Assembly (NCBI GenBank): GCA_040437565.1
Contig: JBDOQK010000004.1
Coordinates: forward strand, 1 to 64,000
Reading direction: 5' to 3'
Source of the DNA: Albugo candida
Lineage: Eukaryota
Length of the DNA: 64,000 nucleotides
Shown: piece after piece, positions 12,538 through 26,014 of the stretch
Layout of the letters: every line of letters begins with the position of its first letter
Position numbering within the stretch: position 1 is the stretch's first letter
The notes under the pieces: model-generated
The model's input: only the letters and a program-made list of their open reading frames with translations
What the model was told of the DNA's origin: nothing
Databases searched by the model: none
Program-made: the position numbers and the translations under genes

Positions 12538-13186
12538 TGAATAGCACTGTAGTAAATGATAAGTCCTATGTGGCGATTTTGTGAATTGTTACAGCAAATA
12601 TGNNNNNNNNNNNNNNNNNNNNNNNNNNNNNNNNNNNNNNNNNNNNNNNNNNNNNNNNNNNNNNNNNNNNNNNNNNNNNNNNNNNNNNNNNNNNNNNNNN
12701 NNTGTTACAGCAAATATGATACATCGAATAGCTGACTTATAGAATCGTTCTGCGAGTTTATGTATTTAGATGACTTTGATGCGTTCTTTGTCTAGGATGG
12801 AAGCTGCTTTGAAGGTTTCTGACGTCGTCTGCAGGCTTTATAATCACTAACAAAGGTGCTGCAACGCGCGTTATAGTATTTGACTGCACGCGAAGATGAA
12901 GTGGAAGACGAATATGAGGTGAGTTTAGTGAGATGGTTTTGTAGGCATTCTCATTTCTGAACCGATTTCAAATTGTATTGATGCAGAGAAAGCGCTTGTA
13001 TTGAGTTGAATTGACTTTAACCTGTATGGCTCTCTGTGCTTCGTTCATCAGCGATGTCGTTACATAAACTCACAACTCCTGCTTCAGTGTACTTTCGAAT
13101 GATAAATAAACAAAAATCACGCTTCGTAATTACAAGTGCTAGCATTGACTCACTTAGGAATGTCAAACTATAATCGAAATATCACT

Positions 13187-14206
13187 CAAATGTGTACACC
13201 TGTAATACTCGTACACATAGCCAAGACAATCAAAGAAGTAAAAGGTATCTTTATCAAATCATGGTGATAACACAAGATTGATAGATTCAAGCTGCTTCCC
13301 TGCAAAATCAATCGGAATTTTTAAAATGAATTCGCGTCCAACATCGTTACAATAATTTCTCTTGCTGCTTTTCCATACTTAAATTGCGATGGCTAGGTTC
13401 AATCACATCACCTCGTGTTGCGCATTTGGTTATCCGTGTACTCTTGTAACTCGACAGGGTTGCCTTTTTCGGCTCTTTAGTTGTCACGACCGTGAGTAGG
13501 TCATTTCCACGCACTGTGTGTAGTAATGTGTAGAAGCTACGATCCAAAACTGACCATTGTGCGAGATCTGTTGCGCACCCGTATGACTAGAAAGTTTGGT
13601 TGAAAAATTCATATAGTTTAGTTCCCTGTATCTTTCCGATCAATTGNNNNNNNNNNNNNNNNNNNNNNNNNNNNNNNNNNNNNNNNNNNNNNNNNNNNNN
13701 NNNNNNNNNNNNNNNNNNNNNNNNNNNNNNNNNNNNNNNNNNNNNNCAAATGTGTACACCTGTAATACTCGTACACATAGCCAAGACAATCAAAGAAGTA
13801 AAAGGTATCTTTATCAAATCATGGTGATAACACAAGATTGATAGATTCAAGCTGCTTCCCTGCAAAATCAATCGGAATTTTTAAAATGAATTCGCGTCCA
13901 ACATCGTTACAATAATTTCTCTTGCTGCTTTTCCATACTTAAATTGCGATGGCTAGGTTCAATCACATCACCTCGTGTTGCGCATTTGGTTATCCGTGTA
14001 CTCTTGTAACTCGACAGGGTTGCCTTTTTCGGCTCTTTAGTTGTCACGACCGTGAGTAGGTCATTTCCACGCACTGTGTGTAGTAATGTGTAGAAGCTAC
14101 GATCCAAAACTGACCATTGTGCGAGATCTGTTGCGCACCCGTATGACTAGAAAGTTTGGTTGAAAAATTCATATAGTTTAGTTCCCTGTATCTTTCCGAT
14201 CAATTG
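13187..14206. repeat. 460-bp direct duplication flanking a 100-N gap (assembly overlap)
   Basis: 13187-13646 matches 13747-14206; both copies abut the gap. Confidence 0.9.
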
Positions 14207-17171
14207 CGTACACTGTTCCAAAGAGAAATTACTCAACTCCGCCAGAGTTTTCACCCGACTGAGCACGCGGCGATAGTTGTGTTGTGTGATTCCGGGCAGC
14301 TTCTGCAAAATCTCAACCGACGAAACATTATAAAAGGTCTCAGCTTGAGCGAATCCTGTTTGTTCCATTTTCTTGATGGATTCAAGAGTGTTGATATCCG
14401 TATCTATGGCACCGCTTTCAAGGTCTACCCCAGAGCCGACCGCTGCTGCCACCTTCACATCCGGCTCTTCTAAATTTCTTTTGATTGCTTTGAATAGGTC
14501 AACGGTTGCATGTGGTGATCGAGACCAAAGCAATCGCAATGTTGGAAAATGGACGAGCAGCAAGACCAATTTTGAAATAATGTTGGACGCGGATATCGTA
14601 TTCGTAATTTCCGATTGATCCTGGAGCGCAAAAGCTTTTTTTTCTGAAAATTCAATCAAGACTACTGGAATCTTATAATGTTTGATGATTTGTTCGACTT
14701 GATTGTACAAACGTCCTGAATTCAACGAACCAAACAAGTCGCTCACACTTTTACGTTCGATACAAATTGTAGGTGAAAGTATATAGTCGCCAACTTCGAG
14801 TGTAACCGGTATAACCTTCAATGCCTCTTTGTGCAGCATCGAGGGTAACGCACTTCGGAATTCACGAATGTCAACTATAACCTGATATGAATATTTCTTG
14901 AGTCTTTGATTGGCTCGGCCACCAGTACGCGTATCCATGCTGTATGCATGTGAGTGATGTTGTGATCGTAACTTCACATCCAAAGGTACGTCTATGGTTG
15001 CACTCGGTATCACTAGGTGCGCTTTCTGATGTATCAATCTCTCAAAAGCCGATTTCTCCTGAGCAATTTCTTGAAGGTACATTTTCTCTTCCACACTTTC
15101 ATGATACAGCATAAAGTACACTTCCATGCTTACGTCCTGTGATGCGTGAAACATCTCCAGCTCACGAATGAAGGTCATGTTTGGATCGTATAGTATCACA
15201 GCTCTCGGTAGCAGCCGATACAAAAAAGATAGTGTGTCTTGTCCATTCTGTAAAACTTGATCGTACGAATAAATCAATACTTCTTTGTCAGGTTGATTTA
15301 ACTGAAACACAGACTCACGTATATCATCACTTGAGACAGTTGAAAACGACGATGATTTTAAACGTTTTACTCGCTCCTGACGCTGTTGATCCCGTTTTGT
15401 GGTCCACTTTGAGACCGTGTGAGTTGGTACCACATTCGAAGCATTACTTGGATGTGACTCTGAGTACAAAGACTTGCGATCTTGTTGCACCGAATTTAGG
15501 AAATTGTTGTGTGCCAATTGTACCTCACCAAACTTGCGTGCGTACTGTATCAGTAATTGCTGTTCCAGGCCTAAAGACGACTCTTTTGATCGCTTTCCCA
15601 GTTTGCGCCTGATAAATGCTTCTTTCCGCTTCGCATACTGTCCAAATTGTTGCCTCATCATTTCTTTCCCTCCTAGGCTCAAAAATTTGAGCAATTGTGT
15701 GCGTGTGCGATCATCTTTAACCATGACCAAAACATTTCCTTCACCGAAAAAAGTGTGTGACTTTTTTTCTTTTTCTCGCTCCATTTCGATTTCGCCGAGA
15801 GTTTGCGCAAGGGTTTCCCATTTTGGATTGCATTCCAGTGTCAGGTTCAAGTCCACATGTTCGATACTTTTAGGTTGAGTAACCTTTGCCGCACCACGTC
15901 CTCGTGAATTGATCAATTTTCCTGTACTCTTGTCGACAACTTGGAATACACGTTCTTTTGCTGCAGTATATAGCATATCAGCTGCTTCAGTAAATAGCCA
16001 TGGTGATGGAACTCGTTGCTGACCAATCACTGTTTCGTGATTAAGTAGAAAATCGTAAAAGGAAATAGCATCATAGGACGGTAAGTATCCCAATAGTTGT
16101 CGTAGTGTTCCCAGATCACTAACAAGCTGTTTGGTTTTCACTGAGAGCTNNNNNNNNNNNNNNNNNNNNNNNNNNNNNNNNNNNNNNNNNNNNNNNNNNN
16201 NNNNNNNNNNNNNNNNNNNNNNNNNNNNNNNNNNNNNNNNNNNNNNNNNAGTATCCCAATAGTTGTCGTAGTGTTCCCAGATCACTAACAAGCTGTTTGG
16301 TTTTCACTGAGAGCTTGTGCCAACTCGGGTCCAGCTGTCGTCGGATAACAGAAAGGAAACTCCTTTCCATCACTGAGTCCATAGAAAGTTCAATATCACC
16401 TAAATATCTGGTACTCCGTTGTATTTCTTTCAATGTCGCCTCAATTGCCACCAATATCGCTTCCTCTATAGTTTTCATTGGTTCTGTTTTTTCCACTGCA
16501 ATCTCATAGACAGTTGGCTGTCTCACTTCAAAGCAGCGGTGAATCATGACATGAAAACGAGGATATAGTATAACTCTACGAAGATATAGATTCCTCAGTG
16601 CCTGTTCCATGCGACTGAAGCCAGAAGACAGAGCCACCGAGTCATCCGAAAAAGCTTTTACGAATCCAACGCGATTTTGCTCGCGGTAAAGACGTAGCGC
16701 GAAAGCCTCAATAGAAGTCTCTGTGACGCGATGTGCGTCATAGACCAGAAGTCCGGTCATGCGCTTTGATTCTAATCGACTCAGAAGAAAATCGACGACT
16801 AAAATTCTTGACGTGATGAAAAAGCATCCACCTATTTTGTACAATTGCGTGCGGTCTTGCACGGATGTTTTAGCATCGATGACTTTTGGTAGTGACTGAA
16901 TTGCCACTCCACGCGATAAAAGTATCTGATTTATATTAACCGCATGATCATTCATGTTTAGACATAGCACAAAATGCTGAGGCGAGCAATGCATTCGTAT
17001 AAAATAAGTCACAATGCGAGACAAGCCCAATCCTTTGCCCATAACAAGCAACGCATCCTGATCGTACAATTCCTCGAATATGTCTTTTTCAAAAGGCAGC
17101 CATTTTCGAAACGAGTTACTGTCTTCCTTTGTTATGGATTCGAAATCAGATCCGTTGGTCTCTTCGGTCAT
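14147..17171 (-). CDS. ERCC4: DNA repair endonuclease XPF (ERCC4/RAD1/MEI-9)
   Basis: Helicase-like N-terminus (ITSRILVVDFL, GFVKAFSD); nuclease motifs VIVDIREFRSALP, VGDYILSP and CIERKSVSDLFGSLNSGRLY; C-terminal HhH LQKLPGI; 66-bp duplication around gap 16150-16249. Confidence 0.96.
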
Positions 17172-17285
17172 CGACGCCTTTTAAAGTACGAATCCTTTTT
17201 ATCCTAATCAAGTGTGTGCTTCCTACTCATCCACACCATATGCACCTCAAGTGTAACCGAGAACACTACTTTTGAATTCCAGGAA

Positions 17286-18916
17286 ATGCATAGTGCTGGT
17301 CCAATTGTGGTCTATGTCGGTATGGGAATGGCGGTCGTTGCCTCATTGAGCATCACTGCTCGTAAACGTAACTTATGGCATGCAATTCAGTCGAAATTTG
17401 CACGACAGCGGCGGCAATCACACGCAAATTGCATGCGCTCATTGTCTGGTACGACGAATGATTGCTCATCTATGACATCTCCAAATCAAGCAAGAAAAGA
17501 TGGCCAGGAATCTGAAACGAACAAAGATCGACCTATCTTAATTCCTTGTGTTTGCGAGCGAGCTCAGATCGACTCTGCGCAGCTTTCTACCAAAAAAATC
17601 ACCATCGTTCAGGTGCCTGTGACTTAGTGGGAAGAATAATGCACAAAAAGTCATTCAATTCCGTTTAGTTTAACATTTTGGCCAGGAATTTGGCGTCCCG
17701 AACACATTTTCCGTACGTCATCGAGTCAAGCCTTGCGTGGGACAGTCGGAAAAAGATCCTATTGCGACAGCTGGAAGTATTAGATGCTGATATTTTGTGC
17801 CTGGAAGAGCTCAGTGATTACTGGACGTATGTTCAATTTTGTGTCATCGAACAGTAGACATAATGAATCTTGTTGTGGAGTAGCTTTTTCAAAGTAGAAT
17901 TGGGTGAACGCGGGTATGATAGTGTCTACGTGAAGCGTCCATCTATCCACGTGTCGAATTGGTCTGGGGAAAAGAAGCAAGACGGCTGTGGAATATTCTT
18001 TAAGTAAGTACACAACTACTCGCACAAGTTTTGAAACGTAAAAGCTGCTTCACAGAAAAGATAAATTCGAGCTAAAAGAGTGCGAGTCAATCAACTTCCA
18101 TGATACGCATGATCGTGTGGCTATATTGGCTCTCTTAAGGTCGAAGCATTTTGCACAGCTCTTTCTGGTCGGCTGCACGCATCTTTGGTGGAATGCAAAG
18201 TACGTAGCGATCTCTATCAACCGAATTGAGTTTATCGTCTGCAAAATAACAGGAAGGTGGATCATCAGATGGCTGAGCTGTACGAATTTGAAGAGGAAGT
18301 CATTCGCTTGTGTAGCGATATGGAAGACAAGTACCAGCAAGAAATACGTGCTTCCGTCACAGGCGGTCCCAACTTTCCCGTATGCTACTCATCTTTCGAA
18401 TATTGCCACCACGTATCAATTGCTTTCTCACAGGTTATATTATGCGGAGACTTCAACAACACACCGCAATCTGCTGTTTATGATTACATGCACAACTATT
18501 TCTTACAACGACCAAATATCGAAGGTTTACGCGACGAATTTCGTAGTGCATACCGATGGTACTGTGTGAATGAATTGGCAAAACACTCTAAAATTAGCAT
18601 AACAAAAGAAGAGACGGTAGGAGAATTTGAACCTCCTCATACAACAGTCAATTATCGAAGATGTTGGGCTATTGACTATATTTGGTACTCGAGCAGTAAC
18701 CTGGTTCCTTCACGAATTCTTGAAATTCCATCAGAAGCGGTTTTACGCGCAGAGGGAGGCCCACCGGGCTGGTTTGAGCGACTGGCGCATTTGGACACTT
18801 TTCAGAAAAGCGGTCGAGAACAAGAGAGTCAGAATGGAATTCCCAACTCGAAATGCGGTAGTGACCACGTACCGCTTTTAGCAGAACTCGAATTTACAAA
18901 AAATAGTAAAAAGTAA
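17286..18916 (+). CDS. EEP-family phosphatase/deadenylase (CCR4/nocturnin/angel-like), multi-exon
   Basis: Spliced FNILA, DADILCLEE, KQDGCGIFF, GCTHL, VILCGDFN, IDYIWY and SDHVPL; hydrophobic N-terminal segment. Confidence 0.88.
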
Positions 18917-19017
18917 TTATTCTAAGTTGCGTTTTGACGCACGATGAGTTACACTGCACATTCTATAACGCATTTTATGGAATAATAACATCTCGACATC
19001 TATTTCGCGCTCTAACA

Positions 19018-20733
19018 ATGAACAGCTCTCGCCAATCATCGGCAGACAATGACCAGCTCCTTCCAATCGCAAGTGGGCCACAGCGCCAGTTGAGTCCCGT
19101 TTCACATTTCAAACGTATCCTTTCAAGAGGATACTCGGCAGATTACATGTTTTCTTCACCGGTAGAAAGCAGAAGTGATGCTCCATACACGAATGACGTA
19201 AATAGACAAGAGTCACCCTCATTTTCACGTCTCGTAAGCGCTTCGCAACAGGGGGAGGCTACTGCTGACTGCGCAGGTATGGTGAAAAGTAACGAAGAAC
19301 GCTTGCATGGGTGGCGATTATGGATGCATAATTCACGTCTCCTCGAGTTCATTGGAAGTCTGGTTAGTCTCGCGCTCGCTGGTGTTATCACTCTGACCAC
19401 CATTCATGACCGTACGTAATATTTTATGTAAATATGGTTACACGAGCTGAACATTGTAATGCGGTAGGACCGATTCCACGCGTGGAAATCCAGATCACGC
19501 CCACGCGCACCATATTCGCTCGTGACCCTTCCATTGATGAGAAAAAACTTGGTGAAACATGTACGCATCAATTTTAAATGCACATCACATGTAATCAACC
19601 AATGCTGCACTTCAGTTACTGTCACAGGTCTTATTGTTACCGGAGTAGGAGTATCGCTCGGTACACACGTTTTTGTTGCGTATATATTACCTTACTGCAA
19701 AGCCGCTCGAGTAATACGATACGAATCCCGTGATTTTCTATTGACTCTGGTACAATCGATCAGCCTGAGTGCGCTTTTTACTCAAGTGTTGAAAAATGTN
19801 NNNNNNNNNNNNNNNNNNNNNNNNNNNNNNNNNNNNNNNNNNNNNNNNNNNNNNNNNNNNNNNNNNNNNNNNNNNNNNNNNNNNNNNNNNNNNNNNNNNA
19901 GTTACTGTCACAGGTCTTATTGTTACCGGAGTAGGAGTATCGCTCGGTACACACGTTTTTGTTGCGTATATATTACCTTACTGCAAAGCCGCTCGAGTAA
20001 TACGATACGAATCCCGTGATTTTCTATTGACTCTGGTACAATCGATCAGCCTGAGTGCGCTTTTTACTCAAGTGTTGAAAAATGTCACCGGAAGATTTCG
20101 TCCGTGCTTTTATGACATGTGCGGATGGAATTACAATGTCACTTGGGATGGAATAGAAAATTTGTGCTCATTGCAGAATTGGGAAGACGAGGGACGAAAA
20201 AGTTTTCCGTCTGGACACTCGTCGTTTGCGTGGTCAACCTTATTCCTTCTCACTGTAATGTACACACGATATCCTGACACGATTGTGACCTGATCTTGTC
20301 TTGTGTAGTTGTATCTATTAGGGAGATCACGTTTGGTCAGTGCAGATCGCCAGGATCATGTTTACTTGGGATTGGTTAAAATCGTCATGCTAACATTTTG
20401 CTTCGTCCCGACATTTGTGGCTGCATGGATCTCAGTCACTCGTTCGATTGATAATTGGCATCATTACAGCGATATTTTGGCAGGTAGTCTACTGGGGGCA
20501 GGTGCAGCTGCAGTTACGTATGCTTACAACTACGGTTCCATTTTCAACTGGGACTCAGCTGGACTTCCACTTCAAGAATATCACTTTCGACGTTTGGTAC
20601 GCTAATAGGGTGCCTTAAAGTGTATCAATACTCACTTGCCGTTTCACAGAAACAAGAAAGCGAACTCGTACGGCTAGTTGAAAAATTCAGGAGTGTTTCT
20701 GATCAGACAGCTGATGAGGACCATCCCGTCTGA
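19018..20733 (+). CDS. PAP2-family lipid phosphate phosphatase, multi-exon
   Basis: C1 KNVTGRFRP, C2 SFPSGHSS, C3 TRSIDNWHHYSDILAG; transmembrane segments; 186-bp duplication around gap 19800-19899. Confidence 0.92.
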
Positions 20734-20952
20734 ATACAACGCCGTCGGTACAAAGTGAATTAAATAGCAAACTGTGATTGGTTGATAATAGATATCGTTG
20801 AATTGGTTGGACGACAGATTGTCTTTCATTTTTGGATTCAGGTAATCGCCAGAGTTCGATCAACTAAATCCTCTGGTACATCCTTTGCTGCTATTTTAAT
20901 GCTCATCAAAGTTTGATCGTGACTTCTGCAGCCCTCGATCCAATCACTCACA

Positions 20953-21369
20953 ATGTCTCTCTTGAACAAGCCGAAAAACCTGGAGCCGGAAAATGTCCCA
21001 ATTCACCGCATTCGAATCACTCTGACCAGTCGAAATGTCAAAAACCTCGAAAAAGGTCAGTTTTCTTCGCATATGTGTGTGTCACTGTACTTTATTCTTG
21101 ATGTTGCAGTGTGTGCGGATCTCAAACGCGGTGCATTGGACAAAAACCTCAAGGTTTCAGGCCCTGTGCGTCTACCAACTAAATTCCTTCGCATCACGAC
21201 GCGTAAGTCACCTTGTGGAGAAGGTACCAACACATGGGATCGCTTTGAAATGAGAATTCACAAACGCATCCTGGATTTACACGCTCCATCCGACGTCGTG
21301 AAGCAGATTACTTCTATCAGTATCGAACCAGGTGTAGAGGTTGAAGTGACCATCGCTGACTCGGCGTAA
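20953..21369 (+). CDS. RPS20: 40S ribosomal protein S20 (uS10), one in-frame intron
   Basis: [57 protein letters not shown]. Confidence 0.97.
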   Translation: MSLLNKPKNLEPENVPIHRIRITLTSRNVKNLEKGQFSSHMCVSLYFILDVAVCADLKRGALDKNLKVSGPVRLPTKFLRITTRKSPCGEGTNTWDRFEMRIHKRILDLHAPSDVVKQITSISIEPGVEVEVTIADSA

Positions 21370-21432
21370 TATAAAGCTGGTAGAACGTAAATTTCCGAAT
21401 AAAAAGCTTGGTACAGGGTTTACAGTCACGTG

Positions 21433-23338
21433 TTATGAAATCAATTTCTCTACCAAACTGACTTCTTCTAACAGCTCGTGTTGCCGCAACTCCTTTTGAT
21501 CGCTCAACTTTACAAAATCTAACGCAGCGAGCTCTTCCATAGACTTATCCGCAATATATTTCAGATCATCAGCAGTAATGAGCTTTTTGTTGAACGCACC
21601 CAGAGCAGCTGCCACATAATTCTTATAGAATACAATCCCAGATCTAAGACAGGTATAGTCATTGGGATGAGCCAGGCATTTACAATCACGTACTCTTCAT
21701 GAATCCTCTTGCTTTGCCCATCACCTGTTTTGCTCTCTTGCGGATTGATATCATGAACGAATGCAGCAATAACTTGATCAGAATATTGCTCCAGCATGAG
21801 TGATGCAGCTAACGCATCACCTTGTCCAGAGTCTCCGAAAAATACAAACTTGAATTCTGGAAATATAGTCGCGAATCGTTTGAAGTTTTCAAACTTGTGC
21901 CTAAAAAGCGCAAGTTATAAATATGCACGATACATCACTAAACTTTCTTACAGTGCAATTTTTTTGTTGCTGATCAAACCTTGCACCGTACCGTTCATAA
22001 CGGTAGGACTTGGTAGCCCAAGGTTATTTAAATGCTGAACCGTTAGATAGCGCCCCACATTAAGCCACCCGCGAGGTCGGGCTGTCAAAAATGTGACACA
22101 CGGACCGTGTTCGTCAAAAGACGATAGTCCACGTGAAATTTTCGTAAATAGCTGCGAAACGCCAGGGTACATCGTATTCAATGGATATCTTTGCTCCAAC
22201 CAGCTATCGGCAAAAGAATTTAATCGAGCACAGTATCTAAAAATATATTTGGATCGTACCCGGCAATAAGTGTATCATCAATATCACTAATGACTTTGAT
22301 TAGATTTGGACGGCTTTGAGCGACTTTGGCGGCTTCCGTGGCAATATGTTGCATAATACGCACGATTTCAGTGACATTGGAGGTATTGTAGATCAAGTCT
22401 GTTAAGTCGCCATAGTAATGAGAAACTGTTGGAACTTTAAGGTTGTATCTTCGGCGTTTTCTTCGTTCTCTACTTGCTTTGGTTACGTTTTGTAATGTTT
22501 GCAGCCAATTTTTCATACGTTCAAGGGCAAATTTCGAATACGGTGATTTCCATAGTGGGGTGTTCTGTATACGCACACTACCACAGGCAGTACTAGGTTG
22601 CATCAGTGCCACTGCGTCGGGATTGGTGTGAATTAGCTCTTTCAAAACCGATAAATCTTTCTCATATGTGCCCAATAATATTTGTATCACCGCTTTACGT
22701 AGCTGTATTTTACTTTTCTCTGTAAGAAACGATGAGATTAAGCAGCTTTGGATAGCATGTACAATGATAGCACGGTTGGAAACGCTATCAAAAGTATACC
22801 AAGTTCAGTATGTATCGATGTCATTGTCACTCTGTATTTACGTGATCTCATCAAGCCTTTCTCGAGTCAAGACATTCAAAATCCGAAGACGGACATCAGC
22901 TGTTGATCCATACAACATGAACCCTGTCATGGTATAGCAGAATTGATTTGAATGCTCCGGAGAAGTCGCACTCAGTATCCCATTCAATGTCGACGCACTG
23001 ACTCTTTGTAGGACTCTATCAAAAGCCATTGTGTCGTTCTCGGTCTTGGTACTCAGCTAAATAGAACCCAAGTAGATGTCAAGTTTATATGCTATAGACA
23101 TGACAATGTCTGCGATTTACATTGAAAAGAACTTCTTTTTCTTGTTGCTGATCGGTACTGAAAACAATGACAGCATTTTTATCTTTCAGTTTGCGGTAGC
23201 GCCAAACCGTTCGCTGAGGACCAAATCGATTCAGCCACTCGTTCCACAGCCATGCACGTACTCACTTGCTTCATTGCAATCCATTTTTGCTGTAGTCCGT
23301 TGGCTGCGATACGCCAAGTAGAGAACGGGGCGCACCAT
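21433..23338 (-). CDS. APP1-like (DUF2183) HAD-type phosphatidate phosphatase domain protein, multi-exon
   Basis: KVISDIDDTL (DxDxT), YPGV, FLTARP and FPEFKFVFFGDSGQGD; start position approximate. Confidence 0.75.
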
Positions 23339-23586
23339 ACATTCTGATTGTGTACCTTTTCACACAGCGGTCATAAACGTTCGGTGCACACTATAGCATG
23401 AGAATCAGACCTTCACAGTAGTGCGAATAAACGGTCGAAATTTTGAAGCATAAATCGAGACCACCTGCATGGTTAAATTTAGTTTGATTGGTTAAAATGA
23501 AAATCATATCGATTAGGCATTTTTCAATTTAATAGCAAACAGCGTGAACTACGATTTCAAGCAAAACTGTTCGTCCCATTTTGAAG

Positions 23587-24695
23587 ATGTCGGCAAGGTT
23601 TGTCCAATCGTGTGCATTGTATCGAGCTCGTGCTCAAGAAACTATTTCTGTTATAGAGAAATCAAGCCAAAGCAGGAGAAAATTCAATTGAGTCGCTCTG
23701 TAAAGAAAGAAGATGAGGTGCCATTAGCATCGTTACCGTCTCCATCCAGTTTAATACCGGTACAGACAGAAGCAACCCAAGCTTCTTGTGCAACCAATCG
23801 TACACGTCGTCCGGAATACTCGTTGGAAACGCGACTGGCTTGTGTGGAAAAGCATGAAGCCGGAATGGGATACCGACGAATATCAAAAGATCTCAATATG
23901 CCTCTGTCGACAGTCAAGGCCATTATACGGAGTGTTCGGCGTACGGGTACTATAGAAAAAGCGCATCGTTCGGGTCGACCGCGTGTGACAGACTCCAAAT
24001 TGGATGGTGTTATGATCGCAGCTGTCATTGCTGAACGTCAAACTAGTGCAGCGGCTATCGTTCGAACTCTGAGGGATACCTACAATATCAGCATATCGGA
24101 AGAAACAGTACGTCGACGAATTCGAGAGTTTTCGCGGCAAAATACATCTCTCGCCAAACGAGCGAAATCACATGGACCGATTCCTGCAGGATTAGAATCA
24201 TCCTTTCTTTCTTTTTCGGGGACTGAAGATCAAGTCGATACAAACGCGCTCATGAATACAGCACTACCGTTCCCACTCAGCGATACGATACCGGGTCACT
24301 TTTTATCCAGTGAAGGAATTTCTTCGCAATCCGTGGAAAATACTGACATTATGGCGCAACCGGTTGATGAACCCACAGGCTCAGTAATCGGTGGTGAGAG
24401 GGAAAATGGAACGAATGCGAATGCGTTGCCAGATTATGTAGAACGTTTTGAAGGAGACAAACCTTACAGTGGCGATACAGAGTTACAGACAAGCCCGACG
24501 GTGCTGAAAGCCATTTCCTTATTGGCAGAATTTGATTTAACCGTTAGGGAGCGCGTGGATGCGAAACAGTTCCTTGTACATGAGAAGAACGCGGAAGCTT
24601 TTCTATTTATGGATAAGGAAGAACGAGTAGAGTATCTACAGAGATTTTGTTATGAGAAAAGCGACGTGAGGTTTGAAAATTCAGAGTTTGTTTAA
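23587..24695 (+). CDS. Tc1/mariner-type bipartite HTH DNA-binding protein lacking a DDE domain
   Basis: ATG 23587, intron 23598-23656; EYSLETRLACVEKHEAGMGYRRISKDLNMPLSTVKAII...HRSGRPR...ISISEETVRRRIRE mirrors the PAI-GRPR-RED domain of Tc1-like transposases; followed by a low-complexity linker and a short helical C-terminal domain. Confidence 0.8.
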
Positions 24696-25086
24696 GTATA
24701 CAAAATCTGAAGTCATTGTTACTAATTCATTGTCACTTGTTACAATCAGGATGCAAAGAGAAAAAATACCGATTTCTTGGGTCCGAATTGAAGCCCGAGG
24801 GCAAAACTTAATGCTAGAGACACCCTATCCCTGTAAATAAAACCCATAAAAACGTGTGCGTAATAAATGCTTACTGATGCAAGATTTCGCATTTCGCATA
24901 TTTGGCACCGTTGTGGGAAATTTGGTAACTTTAGTTTTCGATTTACAATTCCAAAAGCACGAGAATTGAATCTTTACAACGTGGTGACCATCGATACTGA
25001 TCCACTGAAAAAACAAAACTCTACTGTCCAGTCCTTTCCTTGTGAGAAACATATACCCATCAGGGATCCTCTCCACAGAAAACGTG

Positions 25087-25665
25087 ATGCAGCACAGAAA
25101 AAAGTCTTACTCCGCGTACGAGTATCGTGACAATAATGATGAATTGAGTCAGAGGCACAGCAAAAACCCGCGGTCTAGTACGACCGTGTCCACGGATATC
25201 TCCACTGGCGATCGACTTGCTGATTGGATGTATTGGCAACGTGACATTGCAAACAGAAGGTGTTGGACAAAAGTATATGCTGTAATTGAAGCTGAATTTC
25301 TCCAATTGCATCCATCAGACCGGTGTATCAGAAACCCATTGATCCAGATCGCTGTTGCTAGTGCTTCATTTACCGGAACGCAGCAAATTCAGATTGTTGA
25401 TCCAAATGGTGAAAAACTTGATTTATATCTGTTTTATCCTGAAAGGGCAGCTTTGTGGAGTTCAAGATTACAAATCGCCGCCTCACTAACTCAAGATTAT
25501 TTCGAAGCTTTTAGTATTCGCGCAAGCGAACTGTCTCGAGCTAGTGCGTACCGTGGCAGCTTGATAACATATCGCGAAGAAGAGAAAAAGATCAGAAAAA
25601 GGGAATATTTGACCATCAAACTACTGGGATTGCTCGGTTGTAAACGGCGCGTGAATATAACGTGA
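25087..25665 (+). CDS. Small PH-domain-like protein (paralogue 1)
   Basis: LADWMYWQRD...WTKVYAVIE...LQL and ALWSSRLQIAA fit the PH strand 1-2 and terminal helix pattern. Confidence 0.7.
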   Translation: MQHRKKSYSAYEYRDNNDELSQRHSKNPRSSTTVSTDISTGDRLADWMYWQRDIANRRCWTKVYAVIEAEFLQLHPSDRCIRNPLIQIAVASASFTGTQQIQIVDPNGEKLDLYLFYPERAALWSSRLQIAASLTQDYFEAFSIRASELSRASAYRGSLITYREEEKKIRKREYLTIKLLGLLGCKRRVNIT

Positions 25666-26014
25666 AGAAAAGTACGCAATGAATGTATGGTCGACCACCA
25701 CCGTGTGACTCTGAAAATTTCGCACTGTTCTTCGTGTGTGTGGCTATGCTTATACCGTAATGTATAGTAATATATAATAGTGTACAGTGATACGTAACGT
25801 CAGTTTAAAAGTATTACGTTAACCTACAAATTTCAAACGACGCTCTAGACTCTTTGACTTTTTTGAGGCTTCTATATTGTATACAACTCTGTAAAAATTG
25901 ATGTGCAGAGAAAGACTTGATTACGGTTTATCGCTTATAATGACTTAAAAATCAATGATCAATTGGCCAGTTGAGTGAATTGTTTGATCATTGGCGAATC
26001 AGCAACAAAGCAAG

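Noticed and set aside
13187-14206. Apparent duplicated small ORF and XPF tail
   Set aside because: Exact overlap around a gap; the 66-aa ORF has no ATG support or recognisable domain
23400-24800. Active Tc1/mariner transposon
   Set aside because: No DDE domain, TIRs or target duplication seen; treated as a host gene instead
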